From: Isurus oxyrinchus
Taxonomy: Eukaryota
DNA: 64,000 nt
Reading direction: 5' to 3'
NCBI GenBank assembly: GCA_026770705.1
Contig: JANJGN010000013.1
Span: forward strand, 121,148,001-121,212,000
Every line of letters starts with the position of its first letter. The first letter of the stretch is position 1. This document shows positions 1 to 12,459 of the stretch, piece by piece. A program made the position numbers and the translations under genes. A model generated the notes under the pieces. That model was given only the letters and a program-made list of their open reading frames with translations, was not told where the DNA came from and made no database searches.

Positions 1-600
1 CATGCAACTACATGTTCAACACTGTCTGAATTACTGATGAAATGCCACCTACGCAGAAGGTTAAGTCTGGAGTTTCCAAACTTATAGGGGAAGGTAGAGG
101 AGAATTAGCATATTCAAAAATTGAATTATGATATTCATAGCAAAGCTCAAAGATTTACTGTGGGAGATACAGTTTTGGTACAGAATTTTGGAAATGGGCC
201 TACTTGGGTTCCTGGTATAATTGTCTCTGAAATTAGGCTCTTGTCATTTCAAGTGAAAGTGGAAGACCAGATTGTTCGATGGATCACCTAAGGTGTAGAG
301 AGACATTCCAACAACCACTTATTCTGCCTGTAATTGATGTCAAGCCTTTAATCTCTGAAGTGACAGGTCAACCTAGAATAGACATGATGTCTCTGTTGAA
401 TTGCCTAATCCTTAACTGCCACTTTCAAAGGGGGATGTGCCCGATGCTGCAGTTCTTGATCATGTCGATCCAGTGGGAGAATCTCAAGTGGCAGAACTAC
501 GCCACCCTAACCGAATTAGAAAACAACCTCACAGACTTGATCTTTAGTCACATGACCTGTGTATATTGTGGATTAAAATATTCTTTGGAAATAGGAAATG
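1..600 (+). mobile_element. Ty3/Gypsy LTR retrotransposon, decayed integrase C-terminal region
   Basis: Translates to HATTCSTLSELLMKCHLRRRLSLEFPNL and FTVGDTVLVQNFGNGPTWVPGIIV...DHLR, typical of Gypsy integrase tails. Frameshifted. Confidence 0.8.
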
Positions 601-625
601 TAAAAAAAACTAAAGAGGGAGTAAA

Positions 626-824
626 TATAGTGATTGTAGGTATAATCTTTCCTACTGCCTTTAAGGGTCACATGATTTACTGGCGAATGAGCCCTCAGCG
701 CAGGTAAACTGAGAGGCGGAGCTTTCTAGTCAACCTGGTTCAAAAATGTCGCTTCTGAAAAAGCTCTGTAATAAAGTTATCTGTTTCAAATAAGAAATCT
801 GTCCGGTACATCAAGTTCATTACA
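626..824 (+). mobile_element. Probable 3' LTR of the Gypsy element
   Basis: Follows a purine tract (aaagagggag, 612-621). Termini TATAGTGA...TCATTACA are an imperfect TG..CA inverted pair. Internal AATAAA at ~770. Confidence 0.6.
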
Positions 825-839
825 AAATGCATCTATGAA

Positions 840-3397
840 GTCTCATGGCATCAGGTCAAACATGGGCAAGGAAACCTCCTGCTGATTACCATGTATGGCT
901 TCCCCCCACCACCCCCCCGACTCCCCAGCTGATGAATCAGTACTCTTCCATGTTAAACACCACTAGGAGAAAGCACTAAGTTTGGCAGGGGTGCAGAATG
1001 TACTCTGGGTGGGGGACTTCAATGTCCATGCTCAGTAGCACCACCACAGACCAAGATGGCCGAGTCTTAAAGGACATATCTGCTAGACTGGGTCTGCAGC
1101 AGATGGTAAGGTAACCAACAAGAGGGAAAAACATACTTGACCTCATCCTTACCAACCTGCTTGCAACAGATGCATTTGTCCATGACAGTATCAGTAGGAG
1201 TGACAACCACACAGTCCTTGTGGAGACAAAGTCGTGTCTTCACATTGAGGATACCCTCCATCGTGTTGTGTGGCACTACCACTGTGCTAAATGGGATAGA
1301 TTTAGACTGAGCATCCATGAAGTGCTGTGGGCCATCAGCAGCAGCAGAATTGTACTCAAACACAATCTGTAACCTCATGATCTGGCATATCACCCACTTT
1401 ACCATTACCACCAAGCAGGTGACCAATCCTTGTTCAATGAACAGTGCAGCAGGCCATGCCAGAAGCAGCATTAGGCATACCTGAAAGTGAGGTGTCAACC
1501 TGGTCAAGGTATAACACAGGACAACTTGTGTGTCACATAACATAAGCAGCAAGTGATAGACAGAGCTAAGGGATTACACAACCAATGGATCAGATCTAAG
1601 CTCTGCAGTCTTGCCACATCCAGTCATGAAAGGTGATGGACAATTAAACAACTCCCTGGAGGAGGAGGCTCCACAGATATCCCCATCCTCAATGATGGCA
1701 GAGCCCTGCACATCTGTGCAAAAGATAAGGCTGTAGCACTTGCAACAATCTTCACCAGAAATGCTGAGTGGGTGATCCATCTCGGCCTCCTCCGGAGGTC
1801 CCCAGCATCACAAGTGCCAGTCTTCAGCCAATTCAATTCATTCCATGTGATATTAAGAAATGGCCAAGGCACTGGATCATGCAAAGGCTATGGGCCCTAA
1901 CAATATTCTGGCAATAGTACTGAAGACTTGTGCTCCAGAACTTGCCACACCCCTGGCAAGCTGTTCCAGTACAGCTATGACACTGGCCTCTGCCCAGAAA
2001 TGTGTCAAATTGCCCAGGTATGTCCTATACACAAAAAGCAGGACAAATCCAACCTAGCTAATTACCGCCCCATCAGCCTACTCTCGATCATTATTAAGTG
2101 ATGGAAGGGGTTATCAACCCTACCATCAAGTATCACTTGCTTAGCAATAACCTGTTAACTGACGCTCAGTTTGGTTGCACCAGAGTCACTCAGCTTCTGA
2201 CCTCATTACAGCCTTGGTTCAAACATGGACAAAAGAGCTGAACTCCCGAGGTGAGGTGAGAATGACTGCCCTTGACATCAAGGCAACATTTGGCCGAATG
2301 TGGCGTCAAGGAGCCATAGCAAAACTGGAATCAATGGGAATCCGGGGAAACTCCTAGCTGGCTGGAGTCATACTTGGCACAAGGGAAGTTGGTTGTGGTT
2401 GTTGGAAGGTGAACATCTCAGTTCCAGGACATCGCTGCAGGAGTTCCTCAGGGTAGTGTCCTAGGCCCAACCATCTTCAGCTGCTTCACCAATGACCTTC
2501 CTTCCATCATAAGGTCAGAACTGGGGACATTCGCTGATGATTGCACAATGTTCAGCAACATTCGCACTCCTCAGCTACTGAAGCGGTCCATGTCCAAATA
2601 CAGCAAGATCTGGACAATACTCAGGCTTGGGCTGACAAGTAGCAAGTAACATTCATGCCACACAAGTGCCAGGCATTGAGCATTTCCAACAAAAGAAAAT
2701 CTAACCATTGCTCCTTGACATTCAGTGGAATTACCATTGCTGAATCCCCCTCTATTAACATCCTGGGGATTACCATTGACCAAAAACAGAACTGGACTAG
2801 CCATATAAATGCCGTGGCTAAAAGAGCAGGTCAGAGACTAGGAAACCTGTGGCAAATAACTCACCTCCTGACTTCCCAACACCTGTCCATCATCTACAAG
2901 GCACAAGTCAGGAATGTGATGCAATACTCTCCACTTGCCTGGATGAGTGCTGCTTCAGTTACACTCAAGAAGATGACACTAACCAGGACAAATTAGCCTG
3001 CTTGATTGGCACCCCTTCCACAAACATTCACTCCCTCTACTACCGACAAATAGTGACAGCTGTGTGTACCATCTACAAGATGCATTGCAGAAACTCACCA
3101 AGATCCTTAGACAGCACCTCCCAGATCCACGACCGCTACCATTAGTAAGGACAAGGACAGCAGACACATGGGAACACTCACCAACCTGACTTGGAAATAT
3201 CTCACTGTTCCTTCTCTGTCACTGGGTCAAGTTCCTGGAACTCTCTCTCTAACAGTGCTGTGGGTATACCTACATGACATGGACTGCAACGGTTCAAGAA
3301 GGCAGCTGACCATCACTTTCTCAAGGGCAATTAGGGATGGGCAATAAATGCTAGCCTAGCCAGCAACACCTACATCCCATAAATGAATTTTTAAAAA
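840..3397 (+). mobile_element. CR1-group LINE (5'-truncated, decayed ORF2)
   Basis: EN and RT motifs across frames (ALDIKATFGRMW, GVPQGSVLGP, FADD). 3' end ggcaattagggatgggcaataaatgct...aatgaat, shared with the copy at 23580-26050. Confidence 0.88.
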
Positions 3398-3429
3398 AGT
3401 TTCCTGATACTTCAGTTGTAGTTGTTAAG

Positions 3430-3855
3430 GCAAAAGTGAACATACAAGCTATTGATCCCTGATGTTGGAGGACAGACCTATGAGAAAAGAATAGGAAAAC
3501 TTGAATTATTCATTCTTGAAACCAGGTGAATGAGACAGGACCTTATTTAAATACCAACTGGAATGGAAAAGTTTGAAATAGAGTACTATATCAAATTCAA
3601 ACACACCACAGGACAAGGGGGTAGAGATACAAACTAGTAAAAGGGAAGTTTAGGTCTAATGCAAGAAAATCTTTCTTGACGCAGTGACTGATTAGCTCCT
3701 AGAAAGGACTTTCATGGTAAATAGTGGAAGAGAACATATGGAATTGCTCAAGAGGCAGTTAAATGCTATTGTATGGGTGTCATAGGTTTCTATGGATAAA
3801 TTGACTTAATTCAACTATATTCATCTTCATGACATTGGTATTTCTGTATGATACA
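3430..3855 (+). mobile_element. Old CR1 3' fragment
   Basis: Degenerate YEKRIGKLELFILETR and RTRG...KLVKGKFR motifs of the CR1 ORF2 C-terminus. Confidence 0.6.
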
Positions 3856-4875
3856 GAGTGAAAAGGGCCCAGTTTTGATTTTGTTGAGAACAATTGAGGC
3901 AGTGGCCAAAGCTGCAGCATCTCTGGATGAAGAATGGCAAAATTGTCCTGAGTCTTTCAGTCGATTGATGTACAGTAATTCCTGTTGAAAATGCGTATGT
4001 GGACATCAGATAAGGACAGGACTGAGCTTGGTTTAATCAACATTTGCACATAGGTGATGCCCAAATGGGCAGGCTATTATACAACAACAGTCATCCAGGT
4101 AACAGGCATTGGCAAAACAGCCATTAATTTAATCATGCTGCGCTAAGGGAATCAGCTGGGTGGTATGTGGCAGCACTGTGAAATGCAGCAAAGTTGAGGC
4201 ACAGAGGTAGCTTCCATTTCCTGCCTGGCAACTGGCCAAATTTACTGGCTGTTTGCCCACTGGATGTGAAAACCAACACCAGGAAGTGGTGGCCAAGCAT
4301 TTGGTAATCATGAGAGAGGGAGTTACAGATCAAGGCTTGTAGAGAGTATATTGGCAATTGCAACAAGGGCTGAGGTAGGCCATGATCAACAGAAGAGAGA
4401 CTGAAGGCTTCCTCAAAAGACTGGGGAGTGCTCTTATGTTCTTCCTGGCCCAAATGAGCAGTATAAAAAGCATTTATCTTCTGCAGCCAGCATCTCGTGC
4501 CTCCATTATGCTAATGGATTTCCAGATCTCTGGGAAACCCATACACTAACTGGTAAATTTAAATCAGGCTCCCAACTGCACTTGTTAATGAAGTGTCTCA
4601 TCTCTCCATAATGAATCCCCACATGGTTCAAAACCTTCAAGCATATAAATGGTGGTGGATTTGGGATGCATTGCGTGTTTAAAACTTTTTAATCTCCCCC
4701 CCAACCTCTCCTGTCCACCGTTCAGATTTATTATTGGGATGAATGTCTTCATGAGAAGAGTGAGGAAAGAGAACTAGACAGAACAAGAAGCCCTGTCTTC
4801 CACTTAAACTTATGTCCATCATTGATAAAAGTCTACTCCAGAGAGTCACATCAACCTACTTGCAGTAGTCACTAC

Positions 4876-6462
4876 CTTGTATTTATATTCTATGTTGCAA
4901 TTCCTAGCAGAAAAATGCTTACAGAAAAACCATATTATTATTGTATAGGTTCCTTTTTGAGAAAGGCACAATTATTACGAAGCAATTATGTTGAGTTTTT
5001 TTAGCTTCTGGTATGAATAGCATTACTGAACTAAATACATAAACTAACCCATCATATGTAACCATTATGCCAGATTCCCAGTCTTGACTAAAAATGCCAT
5101 GGGGTGAATAACAGACTGGGTGATTAGATAAAAAACAAAAACCACAGGTGGTGGAACATATTGGCTTAGTCATGCATTTACTCAAGTGTTACCTTGGAAT
5201 TTGGCCAACCAGCTTTAACAAAGATAAAAGTAGACTTGAGAATTTCATGGAATATGAAACTGGAGATTAAAACAGTTTTTATATTTCTGGCTCAAATGGT
5301 AAACACAATTAGAAAATCTATTGATATGATATATCAGTATTTACATATACTGCACATATTAAAATAAACAGGCAACCGAAATGCAGAGATAGAGGAACCA
5401 AGGAGAACAATTTACCCTCTTTGTTCAAGTCAATAAGAGAGTGTGGACAAGCCCAGTGTCATTGTGACAAGCACAAACTAAGAAGGAATACACCACTACC
5501 TGCCCACAGTAAAAATGTAGGTATGCAAAATCTTGGATAAGTAAAACAATCAATATCCTGTGGTGCCAATTATGAAAAGATTTTCCAGAGCTCTGGAAAA
5601 CCCGTACAGTAACTGGTAAATTTAAATCAGTCTCCCAATTGCACTTGTTAATGAAGTGTCTCACCCATGTGGTGGATCCCCACATGGCTCAAAACCTTCA
5701 ACCATATAAATCATGGTGGACTTGGGATGCATTCCGTGTTTAAAACTTTTTAACCTCCCCCAAACTCTCCTGCCCATCATTCGAGTTTATTATCAGGATG
5801 AATTCTTCTCAAGAAGAGTGAGGGAAAAAATGCCCTGCTTTCCACTTCAATTTTTGCCCATCATTGATAAAAATCTACTTCAGTCACACCAACCTACTTT
5901 CAGTTTCATTACCTGATCCCAAAATCCCAAGGTACTTCACAGGAGCTTTACTGGACAAAAATTAACACCAAGCCAAAGAAGAAACTATTAAAGGCAGGTG
6001 ACCAAGAGGTTAGTCATATAACTGGGGTTTAAGGAGCCTCTGAAAGGAGAAGAGGTGGAGAGGTTCATGGAGACAATTCCAGAGTTTAGGACCTAGACTG
6101 CCATTTAAGAGTTTGATTAATATCCACCCATTTATCACGATTCATGGCTATCATTGTGAAGTGGTCCATTATGTGATGAGAAGTTTTCATTATTTGAGAC
6201 AAAGTGGGCAATTTGCCACCTTTGAGACTCACCAAGCATTATGTATGTTGGGGTTGATATCTAATGATTTAGAGTGGATTTGAGTATTTGTGCACCATGT
6301 AACTTGAATTTTGTTTGGCTCTTTTATATGGAAATAGGTTTTGAATTCCATCCCATATGCACATTTTATACCACTGGTACATCTGATTGTTGGTGTATAC
6401 TTCACTATATATAAGAGCGTGACCAGCAGTATATTTTCAAAAATGTTTAACTGAAGTTGCAT
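4876..6462 (-). CDS. Candidate unidentified multi-exon coding gene (putative exons 6462-6233, 5212-5193, 5115-5049, 4903-4876)
   Basis: 77-aa ORF with a hydrophobic N-terminus ends at a GTGAGT donor. Three small downstream segments bounded by AG/GT join it in one open frame. No homolog recognised. Confidence 0.35.
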
Positions 6463-7122
6463 ATTGTACAGCTCAGCAACAAACCAGGAGATGATGGTTT
6501 GACATTACTGAACTAAGTTGCATGCATAATTTCTGTGAGCAATATTTAAACATTTCAGAGTTTAAAATGGTTTTGTTTTTTTCTCAGGTAGATTAAAGGA
6601 CTGAAATGGACAGTATTGTGTTGGAAAGGGGAATGTTTGTAAATCAAATACTGAACCCATGATCATGGCTGCTACTTCAAGCTTTAGGAAACAGTGTGTG
6701 GAAAGCACCATTTACATTAGTGTTTACATTTACAATTCGAGATTGACAAGATTTCCCTTGTTGCTAATACTTGTTCTTGTGTTAGTATTGGCAACAGAAA
6801 GATATTTCCACTATTGGTCTTTGTGCGCAAAAGGGACAAGGTAGAATAAACAGTAAAAGCTAGATAAAATCTTCAATCTATGTCAATCTTTCTTTGGGCA
6901 CTTCAGAATTTAAGCATTAAAGTTCCCCTAAGGCCTGCCAAGTAAAACCAATACATTTCATTCCTGCAATATTGAATAGACTTATATACTTAGTTCTTAA
7001 TATTTCCATTTACAGAAGATGTTCAGGAAGAGAATAGTTTTCCACCAAGTAATCCATCTGAAAACTCCAGTGCACTGAGACAATACTTCCGAGTTCTGAT
7101 GAAACCTTAAACAGAGGCCATG

Positions 7123-7485
7123 TAGGGTTGCCAACCCTCCAGGATTGCCATGGAGTCTCTACGAATTGAAGGTCAATCTTTAGGACCTTGCTGTGTGTAA
7201 CCCTGGGAAAAAATAAATGGGACATTAAAAAGGATTTTTTAAAAGCATTTTTCTTGAACGTTTCTCTTTACGAGATATAAAAATATTGTAAAATGGGAAT
7301 AAAAAGGCTCTTTGGCTGACAGTCAAGCATCATTCATTTGCTACTGAGTCTGTCTTCTTTCCAAGTGGCATAGGAAGGCAGTATGCCACAAGGATGGATA
7401 TGTTGGCTAAATAATGTTTGGAAGGTCGGGGTAAGTCAAATGATGAAATCTCCAGGAATACATTTAATCACAGGTGACAACCCTG
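7123..7485. mobile_element. hAT-type non-autonomous DNA transposon (MITE)
   Basis: TIRs TAGGGTTGCCA / TGACAACCCTG. Perfect 8-bp TSD aggccatg at 7115-7122 and 7486-7493. Confidence 0.9.
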
Positions 7486-7759
7486 AGGCCATGCTTGCCT
7501 ATTTCAATTGTTCAGGCAACTGTTAAAGATGCCACATTTACAAATTTTCTGAACCATCTGGAATATTATAGGGCTGATTTTTCAGACAACAGGTATAGTT
7601 TGGGAACATACAATCCCACAGTGTGAGCTTTGCCCATAAACAATTGGCACAAAGGGAGGAGCCTAATAAAACAGTTTTCTTGAAGAAAGATGATAAGTTT
7701 TACAGAAAGTAATTTTTATTTTAATCTTCATGCATCCTTTGCTGAATTTTGTTCCCTGT

Positions 7760-8630
7760 GTCATTTGGCACAGCTGAAGTAGATTTCCATTTTTGATTTT
7801 TTTGCACTGCCAGTTCTATGTTGGATTATTTTTGCTTGCTGCTGGCTTTGACAGTTAATCTTACAATGAGACGAGGATGAGTATTCCGTTGTGAGTTCCA
7901 AATGCAATGCACAATCGAGAAAGAGGATTTTTAAGGGCCCAACAAATGCATGTGCAATGATTGCCAAGTGGTTTGGCCATGCCAGTTTCTAACTTGGAAC
8001 CTGCATATATAGGTCACATCATGTACACATGGACATGTTAGAAGAGACCTGTCTTCACAAGAGCAGCTGCCAAAAGCTGTACCATCTGCTGCATAATAAT
8101 CTGCATTCAACATTGGACCAGACAACTCCTTCCATAAATGTGATGATAGGAATTCATGGTACCAGATTGTTCCAAGTTGCTCCAATTTATATCTGCCACA
8201 CCAGACACTCTGTTGTGCATACATGTATCAAGCAAGAGACAACAGCTATGTGTGTACAGACTAACAGTTTTTTTTATCTGTAGAAAAGCTGAATCATCTG
8301 TACAGGATGCACATGTGTCACGGGCTTCTCTCAGTAAGTCAATATTTCTGGAATCAATTGTGAACTTTACCAACTTTGTTGCTAAGGAACCATATCAATG
8401 CATGTTATTTGAACTCTGGACTTCTAGTCATAACCTTTTTGGTAGAAACTTAGGCTAAAGTTTTGTGACTTTTGTGCAGTTTTTTGCATTGATGTTTTCT
8501 CCAAGACCACAGTCCAAGTTTTGCACTGGGAGTCTGTTCTCAGGCATGTTCCTACATGCTGCACGATGAAGTGATGAATTGTGCATCAATGCCAGTTTGT
8601 GATGCAATGATCTCAAATATGTTGCCCTGG
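7760..8630 (-). mobile_element. Highly decayed Ty3/Gypsy pol (integrase region) remnant
   Basis: Switching among minus frames gives SLYTHSCCLLL..NRV, GRSCL/PMLNAD/QMVQ and WQSLHM/FVGPLKILFL. These resemble Gypsy GCLLWG.RV, ARSYVWWP.L.ADIE.MV and PWQRLH.DF.GP. Confidence 0.55.
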
Positions 8631-9294
8631 GTAACTAAAAGAGCCTTGGCATTTCTCCAAAAGAAAAGAGGAGTGGCAGAATCTATTATTCTATTATAAC
8701 TGCAGATTAAGTCATTTAAGGGCTTATTAACTCATTATTTAATGTCATAATTTTCGTTCCCTTCCCTCCATTGGGACGCTCCGCATTAATTGATCCTGTC
8801 TCTTTAAATTTCACCTTCATATCATTTTTCTGTCTCACCATTAGCAGTTCTCTCAAGATCTCTCTCTATGTTGGAGCAATCCTACTTGCACTATTACCTT
8901 TGCCAGATTGCAGTAATTTACCTGCCTCTGCATAGAGCACATCTCAGCAAGCCTGACCTGGTTGGTTCTTCTCTCCCAGGGCTTCCCATTGTAAAGTCCA
9001 CTGCTGCCAGTAAAATGAACCGAGGTCGAAAAAAATAATTGACAGTTGGCAAAGCCTAACTGTTAGCAGGGGGTAAAAAACAAGTCTGAAATGGCCAAAA
9101 TCCTTTGTCTCCCCAGCAACTTTGGATACTGTATTTCTTGGACCTGTTTTGGACTTCATGTCCAGTATGCCCTCTAGAGAAGGGGTGGACAACTGGTGAC
9201 AGGGACAACTGGTAAGAGAGATAGTTGGTGAGAGGGGCAGCCAGATTTGTGCACTTGGGAGATTTTTTTTTCAATTTTCTATCCCACATTGGAA

Positions 9295-10385
9295 CTTGAA
9301 TCTCTAACCCTGAACCCAACCCCAACTCTAAAGGTAAACAATACTACCTTCCTAATCCTACCAACGTAATGTAGGAGAGTTCTGACTCGGACACTAAACT
9401 CAAAATGCCCCCAAATAAAACCTCATTACACAATTCCTAACCTTATCCCTAATCTTAAACCTAATCCTAAACCCAAACTCTAACCCAAGTACCCCGTAAC
9501 TCCAATCCTTGTTCCTAAACCTGAAATACCCACCAAAACACAACTTCTACACAATTCCTAACGCTGATCCCTAATCCTAACCCCTACACCAAGGCTTCCC
9601 AAACTATGGGGCGAGATTTTGGGATCACAAGCTTCAAGGCAGTAATGGCTGCTGTGGAGTTTAGACTGAATGCTCACAGCTGCAAGGCCCCTTTAAATCC
9701 TCCAGCTCTTTTCTAATGATGGGTGTGGTCTAACAAACATTTTTAAGGCCTGATTGCTATTGCAAAAAGAGCCTGTGAAAAGATAGGTGTTTTTTTTAAA
9801 CCTGTAGTTTAAACAATTCTAGTTATGCTGAACTTCTCCCCCCATCCCCTCAGTAGCTGAAGCTACCTCCATCGGGGTCACATGAAGTTAGTGGCATTAA
9901 AATGGGGTCACACTAAGGAAACATTTGGGAAACACTGCCCTACAATAACCATAACTTAACTAATCCAGACTCTAATCCCAACCCTATCCTCCCAAGCCTA
10001 ACCTAATGTTAACTGTAAACCTGACTATAGTCCAACTAATTTCTAATCCTAATCCTTCACCCTAATCCTAACCCCTAACCCTAACCCAACCAACCTGGAT
10101 CATAATAACCCTTAACGTAAAACTAAATCATCAATGGTAACCTCAACCCTAATCGTTCTGTCCATACATCCCAACCTAACTCCTCAACCTAATCCTAAAC
10201 CAAAACCATAAATCAGCACACCTGACCCTGAACCTCTAACCCTAAACTAGTATCCTTAACCCAAACTCTAAACTCCTAACCAAATGCGTTAACACTAAGC
10301 CTAATCCTAACAAACCTAATCTTATGCCCGCTACCCTAGAGCTTAACACCAAAACAAATTCACCAACCCTAAGCCTTGCTCCAAA
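9295..10385. repeat. Degenerate (CCCTAA)n telomere-like tract, interrupted by a MITE
   Basis: Many ccctaa/cctaat/ctaacc variants, for example ccctaatcctaacccctaaccctaaccc at 10061-10087. Confidence 0.8.
9590..9937. mobile_element. hAT-Charlie-like MITE
   Basis: TIRs CAAGGCTTCCCAAA / TTTGGGAAACACTG. 8-bp TSD ccctacac / ccctacaa with central TA. Confidence 0.85.
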
Positions 10386-10665
10386 CATAAGAACATAAGA
10401 AATAGGGGCATGTGTAGATGGGCTTGAATCTGCTCTACCATTTAATAAAATCATGGCTGATCCTCAGCCAAACTCCACTTTGCCACTCAATCTCCATATC
10501 CCTTGATTCCCATAAAGTCCAAACTTCTATCTATCTCAGCCTTGAATGATCTCAACAACTGAGCACCACATCTCTCTTGGATAGAAAATTCCAAAAATTC
10601 AGAATCCTCTGGGTCAAGAGATTTTTCCTCATCTCAGTCCAAAGCTTGCACCTCCTTCTCTTGAG
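10385..10665 (-). mobile_element. CR1 (HER1-like) 3' end fragment
   Basis: Begins with the (aacataag)n tail, then the typical antisense CR1 3' sequence (atcatggctgatc...cccttgattccc). Confidence 0.8.
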
Positions 10666-10668
10666 ATT

Positions 10669-11190
10669 GGGATCGGAATTTTCCATCCCCATTGGCGTCA
10701 GGCATCATGTTGGCCGTGAGTGGACAATATGGCGGGAAGGCCAAAAATCAGTTTATGATTGCCTGCTCTGCCCACCAATGGTGGGTTCCATTTCCCACCG
10801 CTGCACACCAGGAATGTAATTTTAATACATCGGCTTATCATTATAAGTGCTGCTCGCTAGAATCATCCCCCCCATGTCAAATTTACCGCCCATGTCAGTG
10901 GGAAAATATGCTGGTGCAGAACATGTCTTGACAAGTGTAACGTGCAGAAGTCAGGACTTACCATCAGGGCCTTGCACATATTGCGGACATCCGAGGAGCA
11001 GATGATGCTGGAGCCCTAAAGCAACCAGACCCTGGAGGAACATGTACATTGCATACTGGGTGAATTCTGATGGACATGACACCGCCACAAAGCAGCTCAT
11101 GGAAAGTGGAAGGTCACCATTGAGGGTCTGCTTCGGGGCATCAGTGTCTTGGCCATGTTCTGCTACAGATGATCGTCAGGGGATGGAGAG
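10669..11190. mobile_element. Harbinger-type element remnant
   Basis: Starts with gggatcggaattttcc, resembling the GGGCAGAATTTT TIR of the MITE family at 50750, 58136 and 61310. GC-rich internal sequence. Confidence 0.45.
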
Positions 11191-11194
11191 GAAG

Positions 11195-11335
11195 GACAGC
11201 TTTGAAGAAGAGTCATCCAGACTTGAAACGTTAACTCTGTTTATCGCTCCACAGATGGTGTTAGACCTACTGAGTTTTTTCAGTATTTTATGTTTTGTTT
11301 CAGATTTCCAGCATCCACAGTATTTTGCTTTTATT
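11195..11335 (+). mobile_element. Penelope-like element 3' tail with degenerate hammerhead
   Basis: ttgaagaagagtcatccagacttgaaacgttaact...gatttccagcatc, related to the tail at 36184-36318. Confidence 0.75.
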
Positions 11336-11394
11336 ATAAAGGAAGGTCTAGGTTTGACTGGGAGAGGAAGGTGCACTGTGGGTGTGGGGAACGG

Positions 11395-11845
11395 TTGAGG
11401 TTGGGAAGGGGGGAATGATGGTGTCGGGGGTTGGGTCAGGTTGGGGGGGACGGGTAATGGGGAGAATGTGGCAACTGAGGAAGTAGTTGTAAGGGGGAGG
11501 AAGGTGTAAGGGAAAGAGTTTAGAGGGGGAAGGAGTTCGGAGGGGGGAAGGACTTTGGGGGGAGGAAGGAATTCGGAGGGGTGCAGGATTTTGGTAGGGA
11601 GGAAGGAGTTCAGAGGGTGGAAGGAGGCTGGGGGAAGGAAGGAGTAAAGAGGGGGGAAGGAGTCCAGGGGGATGAAGGGGTTTGGGAGGAGGAAGGAGTA
11701 AGTGGGGGGACGTGCAGGTGAACATGCAAGGGAGGGGTCTGTGGAATTGATGAATGCCTCCTGGGGAGCGAAATGAGAGTGGGTGTGGTAGGAAGGAATG
11801 GTGAAATGAGAGAGGACAGAATGAGCTGGTAGGGTGGGAGGGTCC
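11395..11845. repeat. G-rich low-complexity minisatellite
   Basis: Imperfect ~18-19 nt units like gaggggggaaggagttc, best seen at 11490-11710. Confidence 0.8.
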
Positions 11846-12459
11846 AGACATCTCATGAATTTGAATACCTCTATTAAATCTCCTCTCAACCTTCTTTTCT
11901 CTAACATCTGATCTATCTTCATAACTGAAGTTCCTCATCCCTGGAACAATGTCCTTCGAAAGTCATTCCACTCTACCTAAATTTTCCGCATCTCATTATC
12001 ACCAGCAAGACACACCTCAATGGCTCTCCATTTCTTAAATGTTCAAGATCCCCGCCTGCTCTGTTCCCTTTCTTTTGAATAGAAACAGAACATTTAAAAG
12101 CACCCTGCTTGGTCTTTAACACAGTTTTCTCCACTTATCCACAACAGCAGCCTTTGTCCTCTGCATCTCAGCAGCAGCTTCCCTTCTGTTCTGTGAACTA
12201 GGTCTTTCCCATGAGAGGTGCGAAAACTGCCAACCGACACCTCAATGGGTTTCTAATTGAGTTTCTCTTTCCATAGCAACCTAAGATTACATGAGCACTT
12301 CTCCGAACTGAGGTGTTTACAAGGAATTCAATCCCTTTTCAGAACTATCTGTTTTACTTTGCATTAAAGGTATGTTTTAAAACATAATCGTCTAGTAAAG
12401 TTCAGTGTTCATAACAGCTAGGACACCCAGAATCATCTGAACACCAACATTTCATCATT

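Noticed and set aside
7931-8224. CSC...PCVH in the minus-strand ORF, resembling a SWIM zinc finger
   Set aside because: Neighbouring frames fit a frameshifted Gypsy integrase better, so the motif is probably coincidental.
8921-9006. Minus-strand AG/GT-bounded segment as an upstream coding exon of the candidate gene
   Set aside because: No phase-compatible open join to the 6462-6233 frame was found. At most it is a UTR exon.
11176-11938. 248-aa and 196-aa Pro/Leu-rich ORFs
   Set aside because: They are stop-poor readings of the G-rich repeat plus CR1 and PLE fragments.
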